A DNA stretch of 64,000 nt from an uncultured Actinomycetes bacterium (GCA_963821325.1 CAWGDC010000001.1:201794-265793); one strand, 5' to 3'; shown: positions 35,186 through 45,298, counted from the first letter of the stretch. Program-made: numbers and translations. The notes: a model not told the origin generated them from the letters alone.

Positions 35186-35962
35186 TCAGGAGCGCAGCGC
35201 GCCCGGCTCCTCCAGCCAGCGGTTCAGCGCCGCCGTGCGGGCGTTGCGGCAGACGAGGACGTGCTCGATGGCCCGGCGCACCCGGCGCTGCTGCCCGGCG
35301 GTCACCGAGACCTGGCGCAGGAGGAAGTCGGCCATCCGGCCGTGATCCTCCTCGGCGTAGGCGTGCACCTTGAAGTTCTCGACCTCGATGTCGTAGTGCT
35401 GGCGCATCCCCTCGTACATCATCTGGGCGTAGTTCGTCGACGCCGCGAACCGCTCACCGGCCCAGCCGAACGCGGCGAGGCCCTCCTCGTAGGTGCGGCG
35501 CATGTAGTAGAGGGTGGTGAACACCGACCCGATGCTCTCGGGCATCGCCCGGTAGGCGACGAGCTCCTCGTCGGTGATCCCGAGCTGATGGGCCCACGTG
35601 ACCTTCATGTCGACGTGGTTGTGGTCGCCGGTGTAGCCGGTCTCGTCGGCGAGGTTCTGCAGCCAGTGCGCGAAGTGCTGGCTCGAGCCGAGATCGACGG
35701 CGTCGACGTCGGGGGCGAGGCTCACGATCGTGCCGAACTCGGTCGTGTACCACTTCCCGAGGAAGTAGTACTCCTTCGCGAGGCGGCGCAGCAGCTCGAG
35801 GGACAACGTGCCGTCCGCGACGCGCTCCCAGACCAGGTTCTTCTCGGTCGCCACCTCGGCCTGGAGGGCCTCGAGCGACGCCATGAACTCGTCGACCGGC
35901 AACGCCGGTGCGTTCTCGGCGTCCGGGGCCCGGATGTCCTTGAACTCGCGGTGCTCCGACAC
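35186..35962 (-). CDS. heme-oxygenase-fold (TenA/PqqC-like, 'iron-containing redox enzyme') protein
   Basis: 258-aa all-helical-looking ORF with spaced E/H residues (…HFAHWLQNLADETG…HAYAEEDHGRMADF…). The stop lies 2 nt before the synthetase start. The family call rests on overall pattern only. Confidence 0.55.
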   Translation of the reverse strand: MSEHREFKDIRAPDAENAPALPVDEFMASLEALQAEVATEKNLVWERVADGTLSLELLRRLAKEYYFLGKWYTTEFGTIVSLAPDVDAVDLGSSQHFAHWLQNLADETGYTGDHNHVDMKVTWAHQLGITDEELVAYRAMPESIGSVFTTLYYMRRTYEEGLAAFGWAGERFAASTNYAQMMYEGMRQHYDIEVENFKVHAYAEEDHGRMADFLLRQVSVTAGQQRRVRRAIEHVLVCRNARTAALNRWLEEPGALRS

Positions 35963-36022
35963 GGCCCTCCCTCGCGGCTGGCTCGGCGGGCTGCTCCCCG
36001 CCGACCGGGTTTAGGATAGACG

Positions 36023-36036
36023 TGACACCGGCGTCA
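36023..36036. promoter_or_regulatory. imperfect palindrome TGACACCGGCGTCA next to an AT-rich TTTAGGATAGA in a divergent promoter region
   Basis: 12/14 symmetric positions. Located in the 103-bp gap between starts 35962 (-) and 36066 (+). Confidence 0.2.
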
Positions 36037-36065
36037 GATTCCGGTGCGCCCCTCGGGGGGAGCGA

Positions 36066-37877
36066 ATGAACGTCGATCTGGTGCAGCTGGCGGGCAGCCG
36101 TGGCCGACTGAGCGGCGCGACGGTCGACCCGGTCACCGCCGAGGTCGTCCGCGGCGCGATGGAGACCATCTGCTTCGAGATGGCGACCTACGTGTCGCGG
36201 ACCGCGACGACCCCGATCCTGAACCAGAGCAACGAGCGCAACGCCACCGTCTTCGACTGCCGCGGCCGGCTGGCCGCGCTGTCGGTCGGCATCCCCCAGT
36301 TCATGCTCACCTCGACGCTCCCCGTGCGCTTCGCGCTCGAGTTCCTCGGCGTCGACGAGTTCCGCGAGGGCGACGTGTTCGTCGCCAACGACCCGTACCA
36401 CGGCGGCGGCCATCTCCCCGACTACAACGTCTTCGCCCCCGTCTTCGCCGACGACGGGCACGGCGGGCGGCGCATGGTGCTCATCGCGAGCATCCAGTGC
36501 CACCACGGCGACACCGGCGGCGGCGTCCCCGGCGGCTACAACGTCACCGCCGGCGACATCTGGGGTGAGGGTGTCCGCTGGCCGGTCGTCAAGGTCCTCG
36601 ACCGGGGCGTCGAGCGCCGCGACGTGCTGTACGCCCTGCAGACCAACAACCGCACCCCGGACTACATCGGCGACCTGCGCGCCCAGATCGGCGCGGCGCA
36701 GCTCGGCGCGATCCGCCTCGAGGCGGTCATCGACCGGTTCGGGCTCGGCGCGGTCGAGGGCAGCGTCGACCTCATGATCGACTACGCGGCGAAGCGCTTC
36801 CGGGAGGAGGTGTCGTCCTGGCCGGACGGGGAGTACGAGGCCGACGCGTACGTGGACCACGACCCGCTCGGCAACCCCGACATCCACCTGCACGTCAAGC
36901 TGACCGTCGACGGCGACCGGCTGACGATCGACTACACGGGCAGCGACACCCGCCAGGAGATCCAGGCCTGGTCGACCTACGGGAACACCCGCGGGTACAC
37001 GATCGCGCAGGTCGCCTCGATGATGGACCCCGAGATCCCCAAGAACGAGGGGTTCTTCGACCAGATCCGCCTCGTGGTCCCCCAGGGCTGCGTCCTGAAC
37101 CCGCATCCCGGCAAGCCCGTGAGCGCGGGCACGCACCACCCGGGCGCCGACGTCGGCGAGGTCATCGCGGTGGCGATGCAGAACGTGCTGCCCGACAAGG
37201 CCGTCCCCCAGACCTACAAGACCGGCATCCCGACCATCATCACCGGGGTCGACCCGCGCACCGGGCAGCCGTTCACCGACCACTCGGCCGAGGTGTACGC
37301 CGGCTGGTGCAACGCCGCGAAGGGCATGGACGCCTGGGGCGCCCAGAACGCGTCGTTCGGGAACCTGTGGAAGGCGACCGCCGAGATCAACGAGAGCCTC
37401 TTCCCGCACGTGCAGTGGTCCCGTGACTACCGCACCGACTCGGGGGGCGCCGGCCAGTGGCGGGGCCTCTGCGGCAGCCACTACGAGAAAGAGGTGCTCG
37501 TCGACGCGAAGGTGTACACGTACGTCGTCGGGATGAAGTACCCGATGCCGGGGATCTGCGGTGGGAAGCCGGGCGCGCCGAACGAGATGGTCATCCGCTA
37601 CGGCTCCGACGACCCGTTCCGGGTGGCGCACACCGCCGAGTGGGTGCCGCTCGGCGCCGGCCAGCGGATCATGTACGACTACGGCGGCGGCGGCGGCTGG
37701 GGTGACCCGGTCGACCGCGACCCGCAGGCCGTGCTCGACGACGTGCTCGACGAGTACGTCAGCGTCGAGGGTGCCGCCCGCGACTACGGCGTCGTGCTGA
37801 CCGGGTCGCTCGAAGCGCTCACGCTCGCCGTCGACGCGGCCGCCACCGAGGCGCGCCGCGCCGCGATGCGAGCCTGA
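36066..37877 (+). CDS. hydantoinase B/oxoprolinase family protein (HyuB-type subunit)
   Basis: 603-aa intact ORF. N-terminus VDPVTAEVVRGAMETICFEMATYVSRTATTPILNQSNERNATVFD is typical of the family. Confidence 0.88.
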   Translation: MNVDLVQLAGSRGRLSGATVDPVTAEVVRGAMETICFEMATYVSRTATTPILNQSNERNATVFDCRGRLAALSVGIPQFMLTSTLPVRFALEFLGVDEFREGDVFVANDPYHGGGHLPDYNVFAPVFADDGHGGRRMVLIASIQCHHGDTGGGVPGGYNVTAGDIWGEGVRWPVVKVLDRGVERRDVLYALQTNNRTPDYIGDLRAQIGAAQLGAIRLEAVIDRFGLGAVEGSVDLMIDYAAKRFREEVSSWPDGEYEADAYVDHDPLGNPDIHLHVKLTVDGDRLTIDYTGSDTRQEIQAWSTYGNTRGYTIAQVASMMDPEIPKNEGFFDQIRLVVPQGCVLNPHPGKPVSAGTHHPGADVGEVIAVAMQNVLPDKAVPQTYKTGIPTIITGVDPRTGQPFTDHSAEVYAGWCNAAKGMDAWGAQNASFGNLWKATAEINESLFPHVQWSRDYRTDSGGAGQWRGLCGSHYEKEVLVDAKVYTYVVGMKYPMPGICGGKPGAPNEMVIRYGSDDPFRVAHTAEWVPLGAGQRIMYDYGGGGGWGDPVDRDPQAVLDDVLDEYVSVEGAARDYGVVLTGSLEALTLAVDAAATEARRAAMRA

Positions 37878-37895
37878 CCCGCTCCACGACGGGCG

Positions 37896-39956
37896 ATGGG
37901 ATACCGGCTCGGCGTCGACGTCGGCGGCACGTTCACCGACCTGCTCTGCGTCACCCCCGACGGTGACGTCGTGTTGGACAAGACGCCGACGACGGTCGAG
38001 GACCAGTCCAGCGGCGTCATGAACGGCTTGACGCAGCTCGCCGAGCGGTTCGGGATGCCGCTCGGCCAGCTCTGCGACGAGCTGGAGATCCTCGTGCACG
38101 GCACGACCACCGCCGACAACACGATGATCGAGATGAACGGCGCCCCGACCGGGCTGCTCGTCACCGAGGGGCATCGCGACGAGATCGAGATGCGGCGGGT
38201 CCACAAAGAGGAGATCTGGGACCCGTCGTACCCGGCGCCGCCGCCGATCGCCCGCCGGCGGGCCCGCATCCCGATCCCCGAGCGGATGAACTACCGCGGC
38301 GAGATCATCCGCCCCCTCGACGAGGAGGCGGTGCGGCGCGGGGTCCGACGCCTCCGGGACCTCGGGGTGCGCTCGGTCGCGATCATGTTCTTGTTCTCCT
38401 TCGTGAACCCCCAGCACGAGCGGCGCGCCGCCGAGATCCTCCGCGAGGAGTTCCCGGACGTGGAGCACGTCTCGCTGTCCCACGAGGTGATGGCGCGGGG
38501 CCCCGAGTTCGAGCGGGTGTCGACCACCCTGGTGAACGCCTACGTGGCGCCCCGCATCGCCAGCTACGTCGAGAGCCTGCAGGCCAAGCTGCGCAGCGCC
38601 GGGTACGCCGGCCCGCTGCTCATCATGCAGTCGACCGGCGGGGTGATGCCCCCCGAGTACGTGTCGCGGCGTGCCGTGTCGCTCCTCGCGTCCGGCCCGA
38701 CCGGCGGGGTCATGGGCGCGGCGCTCGCCGCCCGTCAGGTCGGGGTCCACGACTTCGTCGCCGTCGACATGGGCGGCACCAGCTTCGACGTGTGCCTCGT
38801 CCGCGACGGCCAGCCGGAGATCAAGACCGACTGGAACTGGCGGTACCGCTACTACCTCGGGCTGCCGATGGTCGACGTGCAGAGCGTCGGCGCCGGCGGC
38901 GGGTCCATCGCCCGGGTGCGACAAGGCGCGCTGCTCGTCGGACCCGAGAGCGCCGGGTCGTCGCCCGGCCCGGTCAGCTACGGGCGCGGCGGCGAGCGAC
39001 CGACGGTCACGGACGCCGACGCGATCCTCGGCTACCTGCCCGCGACCGGGTTCGCCGGCGGACGGATGCGCCTCGACGTCGACGCGGCGCGGGCCGCGCT
39101 GACCCGCGACGTCGCCGAGCCCCTCGGGATCGACCCCGTCGACGCGGCGTGGGGCGTCGAGCGGATCGTGAACGCCAACATGGCGAACGCCACCCGCCGC
39201 GTCCTCGCGTCGCACGGCGCCGACCCGCGCACCCTGGCGATGATCGCCTACGGCGGCAACGGCCCGGTGCACGCCTGGGCCGTCGCCCGCGAGCTCGGCA
39301 TCGAGCGGGTCCTGATCCCGCGCGCCGCGCCCGCGTTCTCGGCGCTCGGAGTCCTCGTCGCCGACTACGTGATCGACCTCGTGCGCGCCTACGTGGTGCC
39401 GCTGTCCCAGGTCGACCTGGGACGGGTCCGGTCGCTCATGTCCGAGCTGCGCGACGAAGCGGCGAAAGAGCTCGACCCGATGGGCTTGGCGGACGCCGAC
39501 GTCGAGCTCGGCCTGTTCGCGCAGATGGCCTACCCGGGTCAGAACTTCGACATGAGCGTCCCCGTCCCCGAGGCCGAGGCCCTCGGCGAAGCCGGCCTCT
39601 TGGACCTCGCCGAGCGGTTCCACGACCAGCACGAGCACGACCGGGGCTTCTCGTTCCGCAACCAGCAGCCGGTGCTGCGCGGCGTGCGGCTCGTCACCCG
39701 GGGACGCACCCCGAAGCCGGACAAGCTCGCCGAGGTCGGCGAGCTCATCGTCGCCGAGTCGGCGCGCCGCGGCACCCGGCCGGCGCACTTCGGTCAGGGG
39801 TTCGTCGACGCCGCGGTCTACGACGGCGCGCTGCTCGGCCCCGGCGCCGAGGTGCACGGCCCCGCGCTCGTCGAGGAGCCCTTCACCGTGCTCGTCGTCC
39901 CGCCCGGCGCGCGCGCCCACGTCGACGAGCAGGCCAACTACGAGCTCGAGCTCTGA
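37896..39956 (+). CDS. hydantoinase/oxoprolinase family protein (HyuA-type subunit)
   Basis: 686 aa. N-terminal ATPase signature MGYRLGVDVGGTFTDLL and a second DMGGTSFDV. Confidence 0.88.
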   Translation: MGYRLGVDVGGTFTDLLCVTPDGDVVLDKTPTTVEDQSSGVMNGLTQLAERFGMPLGQLCDELEILVHGTTTADNTMIEMNGAPTGLLVTEGHRDEIEMRRVHKEEIWDPSYPAPPPIARRRARIPIPERMNYRGEIIRPLDEEAVRRGVRRLRDLGVRSVAIMFLFSFVNPQHERRAAEILREEFPDVEHVSLSHEVMARGPEFERVSTTLVNAYVAPRIASYVESLQAKLRSAGYAGPLLIMQSTGGVMPPEYVSRRAVSLLASGPTGGVMGAALAARQVGVHDFVAVDMGGTSFDVCLVRDGQPEIKTDWNWRYRYYLGLPMVDVQSVGAGGGSIARVRQGALLVGPESAGSSPGPVSYGRGGERPTVTDADAILGYLPATGFAGGRMRLDVDAARAALTRDVAEPLGIDPVDAAWGVERIVNANMANATRRVLASHGADPRTLAMIAYGGNGPVHAWAVARELGIERVLIPRAAPAFSALGVLVADYVIDLVRAYVVPLSQVDLGRVRSLMSELRDEAAKELDPMGLADADVELGLFAQMAYPGQNFDMSVPVPEAEALGEAGLLDLAERFHDQHEHDRGFSFRNQQPVLRGVRLVTRGRTPKPDKLAEVGELIVAESARRGTRPAHFGQGFVDAAVYDGALLGPGAEVHGPALVEEPFTVLVVPPGARAHVDEQANYELEL

Positions 39957-39957
39957 G

Positions 39958-40536
39958 GTGCCGGCCGCCCCACCCGGGTTCTTCACCGCCGACGAGCACG
40001 CGGTGATCGCCGCGGCCTGCGACCGGCTCCTCCCCCCCGCCGACGGCCACCCGGGCGGTCGGGCGTTGGGCTGCGCCGACTACATCGACGGGCTCCTCGA
40101 CGCGTTCGCCGTCGACCCGCCGCGCATCTGGGCCGGCGGGCCGTTCTCGGGACGCGCCGGCGGCGACGCCAGCTTCACCACGTTCCTGCCGCTCACCCGC
40201 GTCGAGGAGCTGGCGTGGCGCACCCGCATCGAGGGATCCCAGGGGCGGCCCGAGCGGGAGTTCAACGGTCCCGTGCGCGGCTGGCAGGACGAGTACCGCG
40301 CCGGGCTCGCCGCGCTCGGCGCCGACTACGCGACGGTCGACGGGGCCGAGCAGGACGCCCGCCTCGCCGCCATCCCGGACTTCCGGGCGCTGGTGTACCA
40401 GCACGCGTGCGAAGGCGCGTACGGCGCGCCCGAGTACGGCGGGAACCGCGACCTGGCGGGCTGGCGGGCGATCGGCTTCCCCGGCGACGTGCAGCCCCGC
40501 GGGTACACCGACGCCGAGGTCGCCGGGCGTGCGTGA
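39958..40536 (+). CDS. gluconate 2-dehydrogenase subunit-3 (gamma)-family small protein
   Basis: FFTADEHAVIAAACDRLLPPADGHPGGRALGCADYIDGLL. Starts 1 nt after the HyuA stop. No twin-arginine signal visible. Confidence 0.7.
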   Translation: MPAAPPGFFTADEHAVIAAACDRLLPPADGHPGGRALGCADYIDGLLDAFAVDPPRIWAGGPFSGRAGGDASFTTFLPLTRVEELAWRTRIEGSQGRPEREFNGPVRGWQDEYRAGLAALGADYATVDGAEQDARLAAIPDFRALVYQHACEGAYGAPEYGGNRDLAGWRAIGFPGDVQPRGYTDAEVAGRA

Positions 40537-40560
40537 CCCGCGCGGCGCGCGGCGCACCGC

Positions 40561-42294
40561 GTGACCGAGGTCGATGCCGACGCGGTCATCGTCGGGACCG
40601 GACCCGCGGGGGCGACCGCCGCCGAGGTCCTGACCCGCGCCGGCTGGTCCGTGCTCATGCTCGAGAAGGGCGCCAACCACCTCCTCGACCTCACCCCGCC
40701 ATACGCCCCGCTCGGGCACGTCAGCAACGACGAGCTGAAGTTCCTGACGCGCCACTTCCTCGGACCCGACCCGCTGCTCGAGCCCCGCACGTTCCGGCAC
40801 CGGGCGAGCGACGGGGATCGGCTCCACACCGGCGCGGTGAACAACCTGCCATCGACCGTCGGCGGCGGCGGGTTCCACGCCGACGGCAAGCTGCCGCGCT
40901 TCCGGGACGTCGACTTCCACGCCCGCTCGGAGCTCGGGCCGATCGACGGCGCCGACGTCGTCGACTGGCCGTTCGGCTACGACGAGGTCGAGGCGTACTA
41001 CGCGGCCGCCGAGCAGATCGTCGGCGTCGCCGGTGACCACACCGGGAACCCGTTCGCGTCGTGGCGGTCGGGCCCGTACCCGATGCCACCCGGGCCGGAC
41101 ATGTTCTGCGCGCAGCTCACGTCACAGGCCGCGGCCGAGCACGGCTTCCACCCGTACCGGGCGCCGACGGGGGTCAACAGCGTCGAGTACGACGGCCGCC
41201 CGGCGTGCAACAACTGCGGGTTCTGCGCCTTCTTCGGCTGCCCGATCGAGGCGAAGGGCGACCCGGTCGCGCCGCTGCGCCACGCGCTGCGCACCGGCCG
41301 CTGCGAGATCCGACCCGAGTGCTACGCCACCGAGATCGTCCTCGACGCCGCGGGTCGCCACGCCCGCGGCGTCCGCTACCTCGACCGGGACGGGGCGCCG
41401 CGGGAGGTGTCGGCCCGGTTCGTGATCCTCGGCGCCGGCGCGTTCGAGACGCCCCGCCTGCTGCTGCGCTCCGGTGTCGGGAACCCCGACGTCGTCGGCC
41501 GCTACCTCATGTACCACCTACAGACCTACGTGCTCGGCATCTTCCCGTTCCGGCTCCACGCCTACCGCGGCCGCTCCGTCACCCACCTCATGGACGACCC
41601 GATCGTGCCCGACGACGCCGCACACCAGGCCGCCCGCGAGGCGGGCCTCCCGTACTTCCGCGGCGGGATCGTCGAGCACGGCGGCGGGTCGCATCCGGTC
41701 CTGGAGGCGATGTACTCGCCGCCGGGGGACGCCCACACCCGGGTCATGCTCGAGTCGCCGATGCGCGACCGGCTCGCCGCGTTCACGATGCAGGGCGAGG
41801 ACCTGCCGCAGGCGACGAACCGCGTCGACCTCGACCCGACCGTCCGAGACGTGTGGGGTCTCCCCGCCGGGCGGGTCACCTACTCGCCGCACCCCCACGA
41901 GGCGGTGTGCGCCGAGCACTGGGCGCCGCGCCTCGAGGCGGTCCTCCGCCACGCCGGCGCGCGCTCGACCTTCTGGATCACCTCGCCGCCGCTCGAGGAC
42001 GCGCGGGGTCGACGGCAGCGGGACCCGACCCCGATCTCGCGTCACGTGATGGGCACCGCCCGGATGGGCACCGACCCGCGCACCAGCGTCTGTGACCCGT
42101 GGCAGCGGCTCCACGACGTCGACAACGTGGTGATCACCGACTCGTCGGTGTTCCCCACGTCGACCGGGTACGGGCCGACCCTCACCCTCGTCGCCCTCGC
42201 CATCCGAGCAGCGCGGGCGCTCGCCGACCTCCCCCCGCTTCGCTCGACCCGGCCCGCCACGCCGACCGACGGAGCGCACTCGCGCGGACGCTGA
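40561..42294 (+). CDS. GMC-family FAD-dependent oxidoreductase
   Basis: ADAVIVGTGPAGATAAEVLTRAGWSVLMLEKG (FAD-binding beta-alpha-beta fold). C-terminal …HVMGTARMG…VVITDSSVFPTS. Confidence 0.88.
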   Translation: MTEVDADAVIVGTGPAGATAAEVLTRAGWSVLMLEKGANHLLDLTPPYAPLGHVSNDELKFLTRHFLGPDPLLEPRTFRHRASDGDRLHTGAVNNLPSTVGGGGFHADGKLPRFRDVDFHARSELGPIDGADVVDWPFGYDEVEAYYAAAEQIVGVAGDHTGNPFASWRSGPYPMPPGPDMFCAQLTSQAAAEHGFHPYRAPTGVNSVEYDGRPACNNCGFCAFFGCPIEAKGDPVAPLRHALRTGRCEIRPECYATEIVLDAAGRHARGVRYLDRDGAPREVSARFVILGAGAFETPRLLLRSGVGNPDVVGRYLMYHLQTYVLGIFPFRLHAYRGRSVTHLMDDPIVPDDAAHQAAREAGLPYFRGGIVEHGGGSHPVLEAMYSPPGDAHTRVMLESPMRDRLAAFTMQGEDLPQATNRVDLDPTVRDVWGLPAGRVTYSPHPHEAVCAEHWAPRLEAVLRHAGARSTFWITSPPLEDARGRRQRDPTPISRHVMGTARMGTDPRTSVCDPWQRLHDVDNVVITDSSVFPTSTGYGPTLTLVALAIRAARALADLPPLRSTRPATPTDGAHSRGR

Positions 42295-42402
42295 CCGGCG
42301 CGGCGCGGCGGAATGGCGCCGGTGACGCCGCTACGTTGGCCAGCCACGGACGCGGCGAGCGCCGCCGGGCCGGAGGAGGGGCGTGTGAGCGGCGAGCCCG
42401 CG

Positions 42403-43362
42403 ATGCAGTACCGACGCGTGGGACGCAGCGGCTTGGTCCTGCCCGCCGTGTCGCTGGGGCTGTGGCAGAACTTCGGGACGGCCCGGCCGCTCGGCGACCA
42501 GCGACGCATCGTGCTGCGCGCCTTCGACCTCGGGGTCACGCACTTCGACCTCGCGAACAACTACGGACCGCCGCCGGGCGCGGCCGAGGTGCACTTCGGC
42601 GAGATCCTCACCGCGGACCTGCGCGCCCACCGCGACGAGCTCGTGATCGCCACGAAGGCGGGGTACGAGATGTGGCCGGGCCCGTACGGTGACGGCGGGT
42701 CCCGCAAGTACCTGCTGGCCAGCCTGGACCAGAGCCTCGCCCGCCTCGGCGTCGACTACGTCGACATCTTCTACTCGCATCGCTTCGACCCGGACACGCC
42801 GCTGGCCGAGACGATGGGCGCGCTCGACCGGGCGGTGCGCAGCGGCAAGGCGCTCTACGCGGGGATCTCGTCGTACTCGTCCGCCCAGACGCGCGAGGCC
42901 GCGGCGATCCTCGCAGGACTCGGCACCCCGCTGCTCATCCACCAGCCGTCGTACTCGCTGCTCGACCGCTGGATCGAGCGCGACGACCTGCTCGACACCC
43001 TCGACGACGAGGGTGTCGGCTGCATCGTCTTCTCACCGCTCGCGCAGGGCCTGCTCACCGACCGGTACCTCGAGTCGGTGCCGGCCGGGTCGCGCGCCAG
43101 CGAGCGCGTGACACTCTTCTCCGAGATGATCACGCCGCCGTACCAGGCGATGGTGCGCGGGCTGCGCGCCCTCGCCGAGCGGCGCGGCCAGACCACCGCG
43201 CAGCTCGCCGTCGCCTGGACGCTGCGCGATCCCCGCGTGACGTCGGCGCTCGTCGGGGCGAGCAGCGTCGCCCAGCTCGAGGACAACCTCGCCGCGCTCG
43301 GCCACACCGCGTTCGACGACGCCGAGCTCGCGGAGCTCGACCGCCTGACCATCCCCGGCTGA
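42403..43362 (+). CDS. aldo/keto reductase (YghZ/Gpr-like)
   Basis: MQYRRVGRSGLVLPAVSLGLW…GVTHFDLANNYGPPPG. GTG 42385 is a possible alternative start. Confidence 0.85.
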   Translation: MQYRRVGRSGLVLPAVSLGLWQNFGTARPLGDQRRIVLRAFDLGVTHFDLANNYGPPPGAAEVHFGEILTADLRAHRDELVIATKAGYEMWPGPYGDGGSRKYLLASLDQSLARLGVDYVDIFYSHRFDPDTPLAETMGALDRAVRSGKALYAGISSYSSAQTREAAAILAGLGTPLLIHQPSYSLLDRWIERDDLLDTLDDEGVGCIVFSPLAQGLLTDRYLESVPAGSRASERVTLFSEMITPPYQAMVRGLRALAERRGQTTAQLAVAWTLRDPRVTSALVGASSVAQLEDNLAALGHTAFDDAELAELDRLTIPG

Positions 43363-43447
43363 GCCGTTGCCCCCCACGAGCTCGGACGACTAGACCCGTG
43401 TCGAACCGGCGGCGCCCGCGGGGTGCACCGTCCGATCGGGGGGAGCG

Positions 43448-44255
43448 GTGACCGGCAACGGGTCGGCGGCCTGGGCGCTGCGAGGCGCCCGCGTCCTCGT
43501 CACCGGCGCGTCCCGCGGGCTCGGAGCCGCGCTCGCGGCCGGCCTCGCCGATCGGGGGGCCACCCTGGCGCTCGCGGCCCGCGACGCCGCTCGGCTCGCC
43601 GCGGTGGCCGAGCCGCTCGGCGCGACGACCTACCCCGCGGACCTCGCGGGTCCGGCGGTCGAGGAGCTGATCCCGCGGGTCGCTCGCGACGGCCCGATCG
43701 ACGTGCTGGTCAACAACGCCGGCCTGGACCTGACCGGCGCGCTCGTCGACCTCGACCCGGCGCGGCTGCGCGAGCTGATCGCGGTGAACCTCGTGGCCCC
43801 GATGCTGCTCAGCCGAGCCGTGATCCCGGTGATGCTGGCCCAGCGTCGTGGCCACATCATGAACGTGTCCTCGATCGCGGGCACGAACGCCCTCCCCGGC
43901 CTCGCCGCGTACTCGACGTCCAAGGCCGGGCTCAGCCACTTCACGGCGTCGCTGCGCGCCGAGCTGAAGGGCACGCCGATCACCACCACGCTGGCCGAGA
44001 TCGGCCCGGTCGACAGCACGATGATGGTGTCGCTGCGCGGCTACGAGCCGACCCGCCGGGCACTGGCGCGGCTCGCGGCGCTGCACCTCGCCGTCGATCT
44101 CACGCCGGAGACCGTTGTCGCCGCGCTCGTCGACGCGATCCGCGACGCGGCGCCGCCACGTCCGCCTCCCCCACCGCAACGCGATGTTCCCCTGGGCCGC
44201 GGAGGCGCCGCGTGCGGTCACCGAGTGGCTGCTCACCGGGGTGGACGGCCGGTGA
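43448..44255 (+). pseudogene. SDR, C-terminal ~35 aa in a shifted frame
   Basis: VLVTGASRGLGAAL, NNAG, YSTSKAGL. After …VDAIRD the track ORF reads proline-rich nonsense. The next frame reads RRRHVRLPHRNAMFPWAAEAPRAVTEWLLTGVDGR-stop (TGA 44253-55). The shift is near 44140-44150. Length is 3n+1. Confidence 0.75.
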
Positions 44256-45298
44256 GGATCCCCCGCACGGCCGACGACCTGACCGCCCCGTGGCTGAGCG
44301 AGGCGCTCGGCCGCCCGGTGACCGCGGTGCAGGCCACCCCGCTCGGCGTCGGGGTGGGGCTCGTCGGGCAGCTGTTCCGCCTCGAGGTCGACGGGCCCGA
44401 CGGGACCTCGGGGCTGGTCGCCAAGCTGGCGGCGCCGAACGACGAGACCCGCTTCGTCGCCACGGTCCTCAACATGTACGGACGCGAGGTCGGCTTCTAC
44501 CGGGACCTGTCGGCCCGCACGCCGATCCCCCACCCGGCATGCCACTACGCGGCGCACGACCCGGACAGCCAAGACACCGTGTTGCTGCTCGAGGATGTCG
44601 CGCCCCGAGGCCGCGCCATCGACCAGATCGCGGGCTGCACGGTGGCCGAGTCCACCCCGGCGATCCGCACCTTGGCTCGGCTCCACGCCGCGTTCTGGGA
44701 CGACCCGACGCTCGCGGAGGTGGCCTGGCTGCCCCGGCTGTGCGACGACCCGTTCCCCGCAGCGGTGCGCGCCGCGTACGAGGCGGCCTGGCCGCGCGTG
44801 CAGGAGCTGTTCCCCGAGGAGATGACGGACCGGGTGCGCACGTTCGGGCAGGAGTACGCCGACCGGATCGCGCCGCTGTTCGACCTCCTCGCCGAGCCGC
44901 CGGTGGTCTTGGCCCACGCCGACTGGCGGCTCGACAACCTCTTCTTCACCCCGGACGGCGACGTCGTCGCGGTCGACTGGCAGCTCGTCGACCGCTCCGC
45001 GGGACCCCGCGACCTCGCATACCTCGCGACCCAGAGCCTCAACGTCGCCGACCCGGGCGGCCACGAGGAGGTGCTCGCCAGCTACCTCCGCGAGCTCGCC
45101 GCGCAGGGCGTCACCGTGGACGAAGGCTGGGCGTGGGACCGCTACCGCTACGGGACGATGCTCGGGTTCGTCTACCCGGTCATCGCCGCGGGTGGGCTCA
45201 CGATCGAGGATCCCCGCCACGTCGAGCTCACCCACGCCCTCCTGGTCCGCAGCGTGCGGGCCCTCGAGCTCCTCGACGCGTTCGCGCTGCCGCTCTGA
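44252..45298 (+). CDS. phosphotransferase (APH/CHK/EcKL-like kinase fold) family protein
   Basis: GTG 44252 overlaps the SDR stop (GTGA). …LLLEDVAPRG…VLAHADWRLDNLFF…VAVDWQLV. It merges with the SDR into the 616-aa track ORF only by chance of frame. Confidence 0.75.
   Translation: MRIPRTADDLTAPWLSEALGRPVTAVQATPLGVGVGLVGQLFRLEVDGPDGTSGLVAKLAAPNDETRFVATVLNMYGREVGFYRDLSARTPIPHPACHYAAHDPDSQDTVLLLEDVAPRGRAIDQIAGCTVAESTPAIRTLARLHAAFWDDPTLAEVAWLPRLCDDPFPAAVRAAYEAAWPRVQELFPEEMTDRVRTFGQEYADRIAPLFDLLAEPPVVLAHADWRLDNLFFTPDGDVVAVDWQLVDRSAGPRDLAYLATQSLNVADPGGHEEVLASYLRELAAQGVTVDEGWAWDRYRYGTMLGFVYPVIAAGGLTIEDPRHVELTHALLVRSVRALELLDAFALPL

Noticed and set aside
35454-39986. 1510-aa ORF on the minus strand, the longest in the track
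   Set aside because: It is exactly antisense to the intact HyuB and HyuA genes. It is extremely Arg/Gly/Pro/Asp-rich and has no recognisable domain. This is the usual stop-codon-poor antisense frame of a high-GC genome.
43448-45298. 616-aa ORF suggesting an SDR-kinase fusion protein
   Set aside because: The SDR C-terminus and its stop (TGA 44253-55) are in another frame. A GTG overlapping that stop starts the phosphotransferase. The apparent fusion results from a 1-nt shift plus a chance shared frame.
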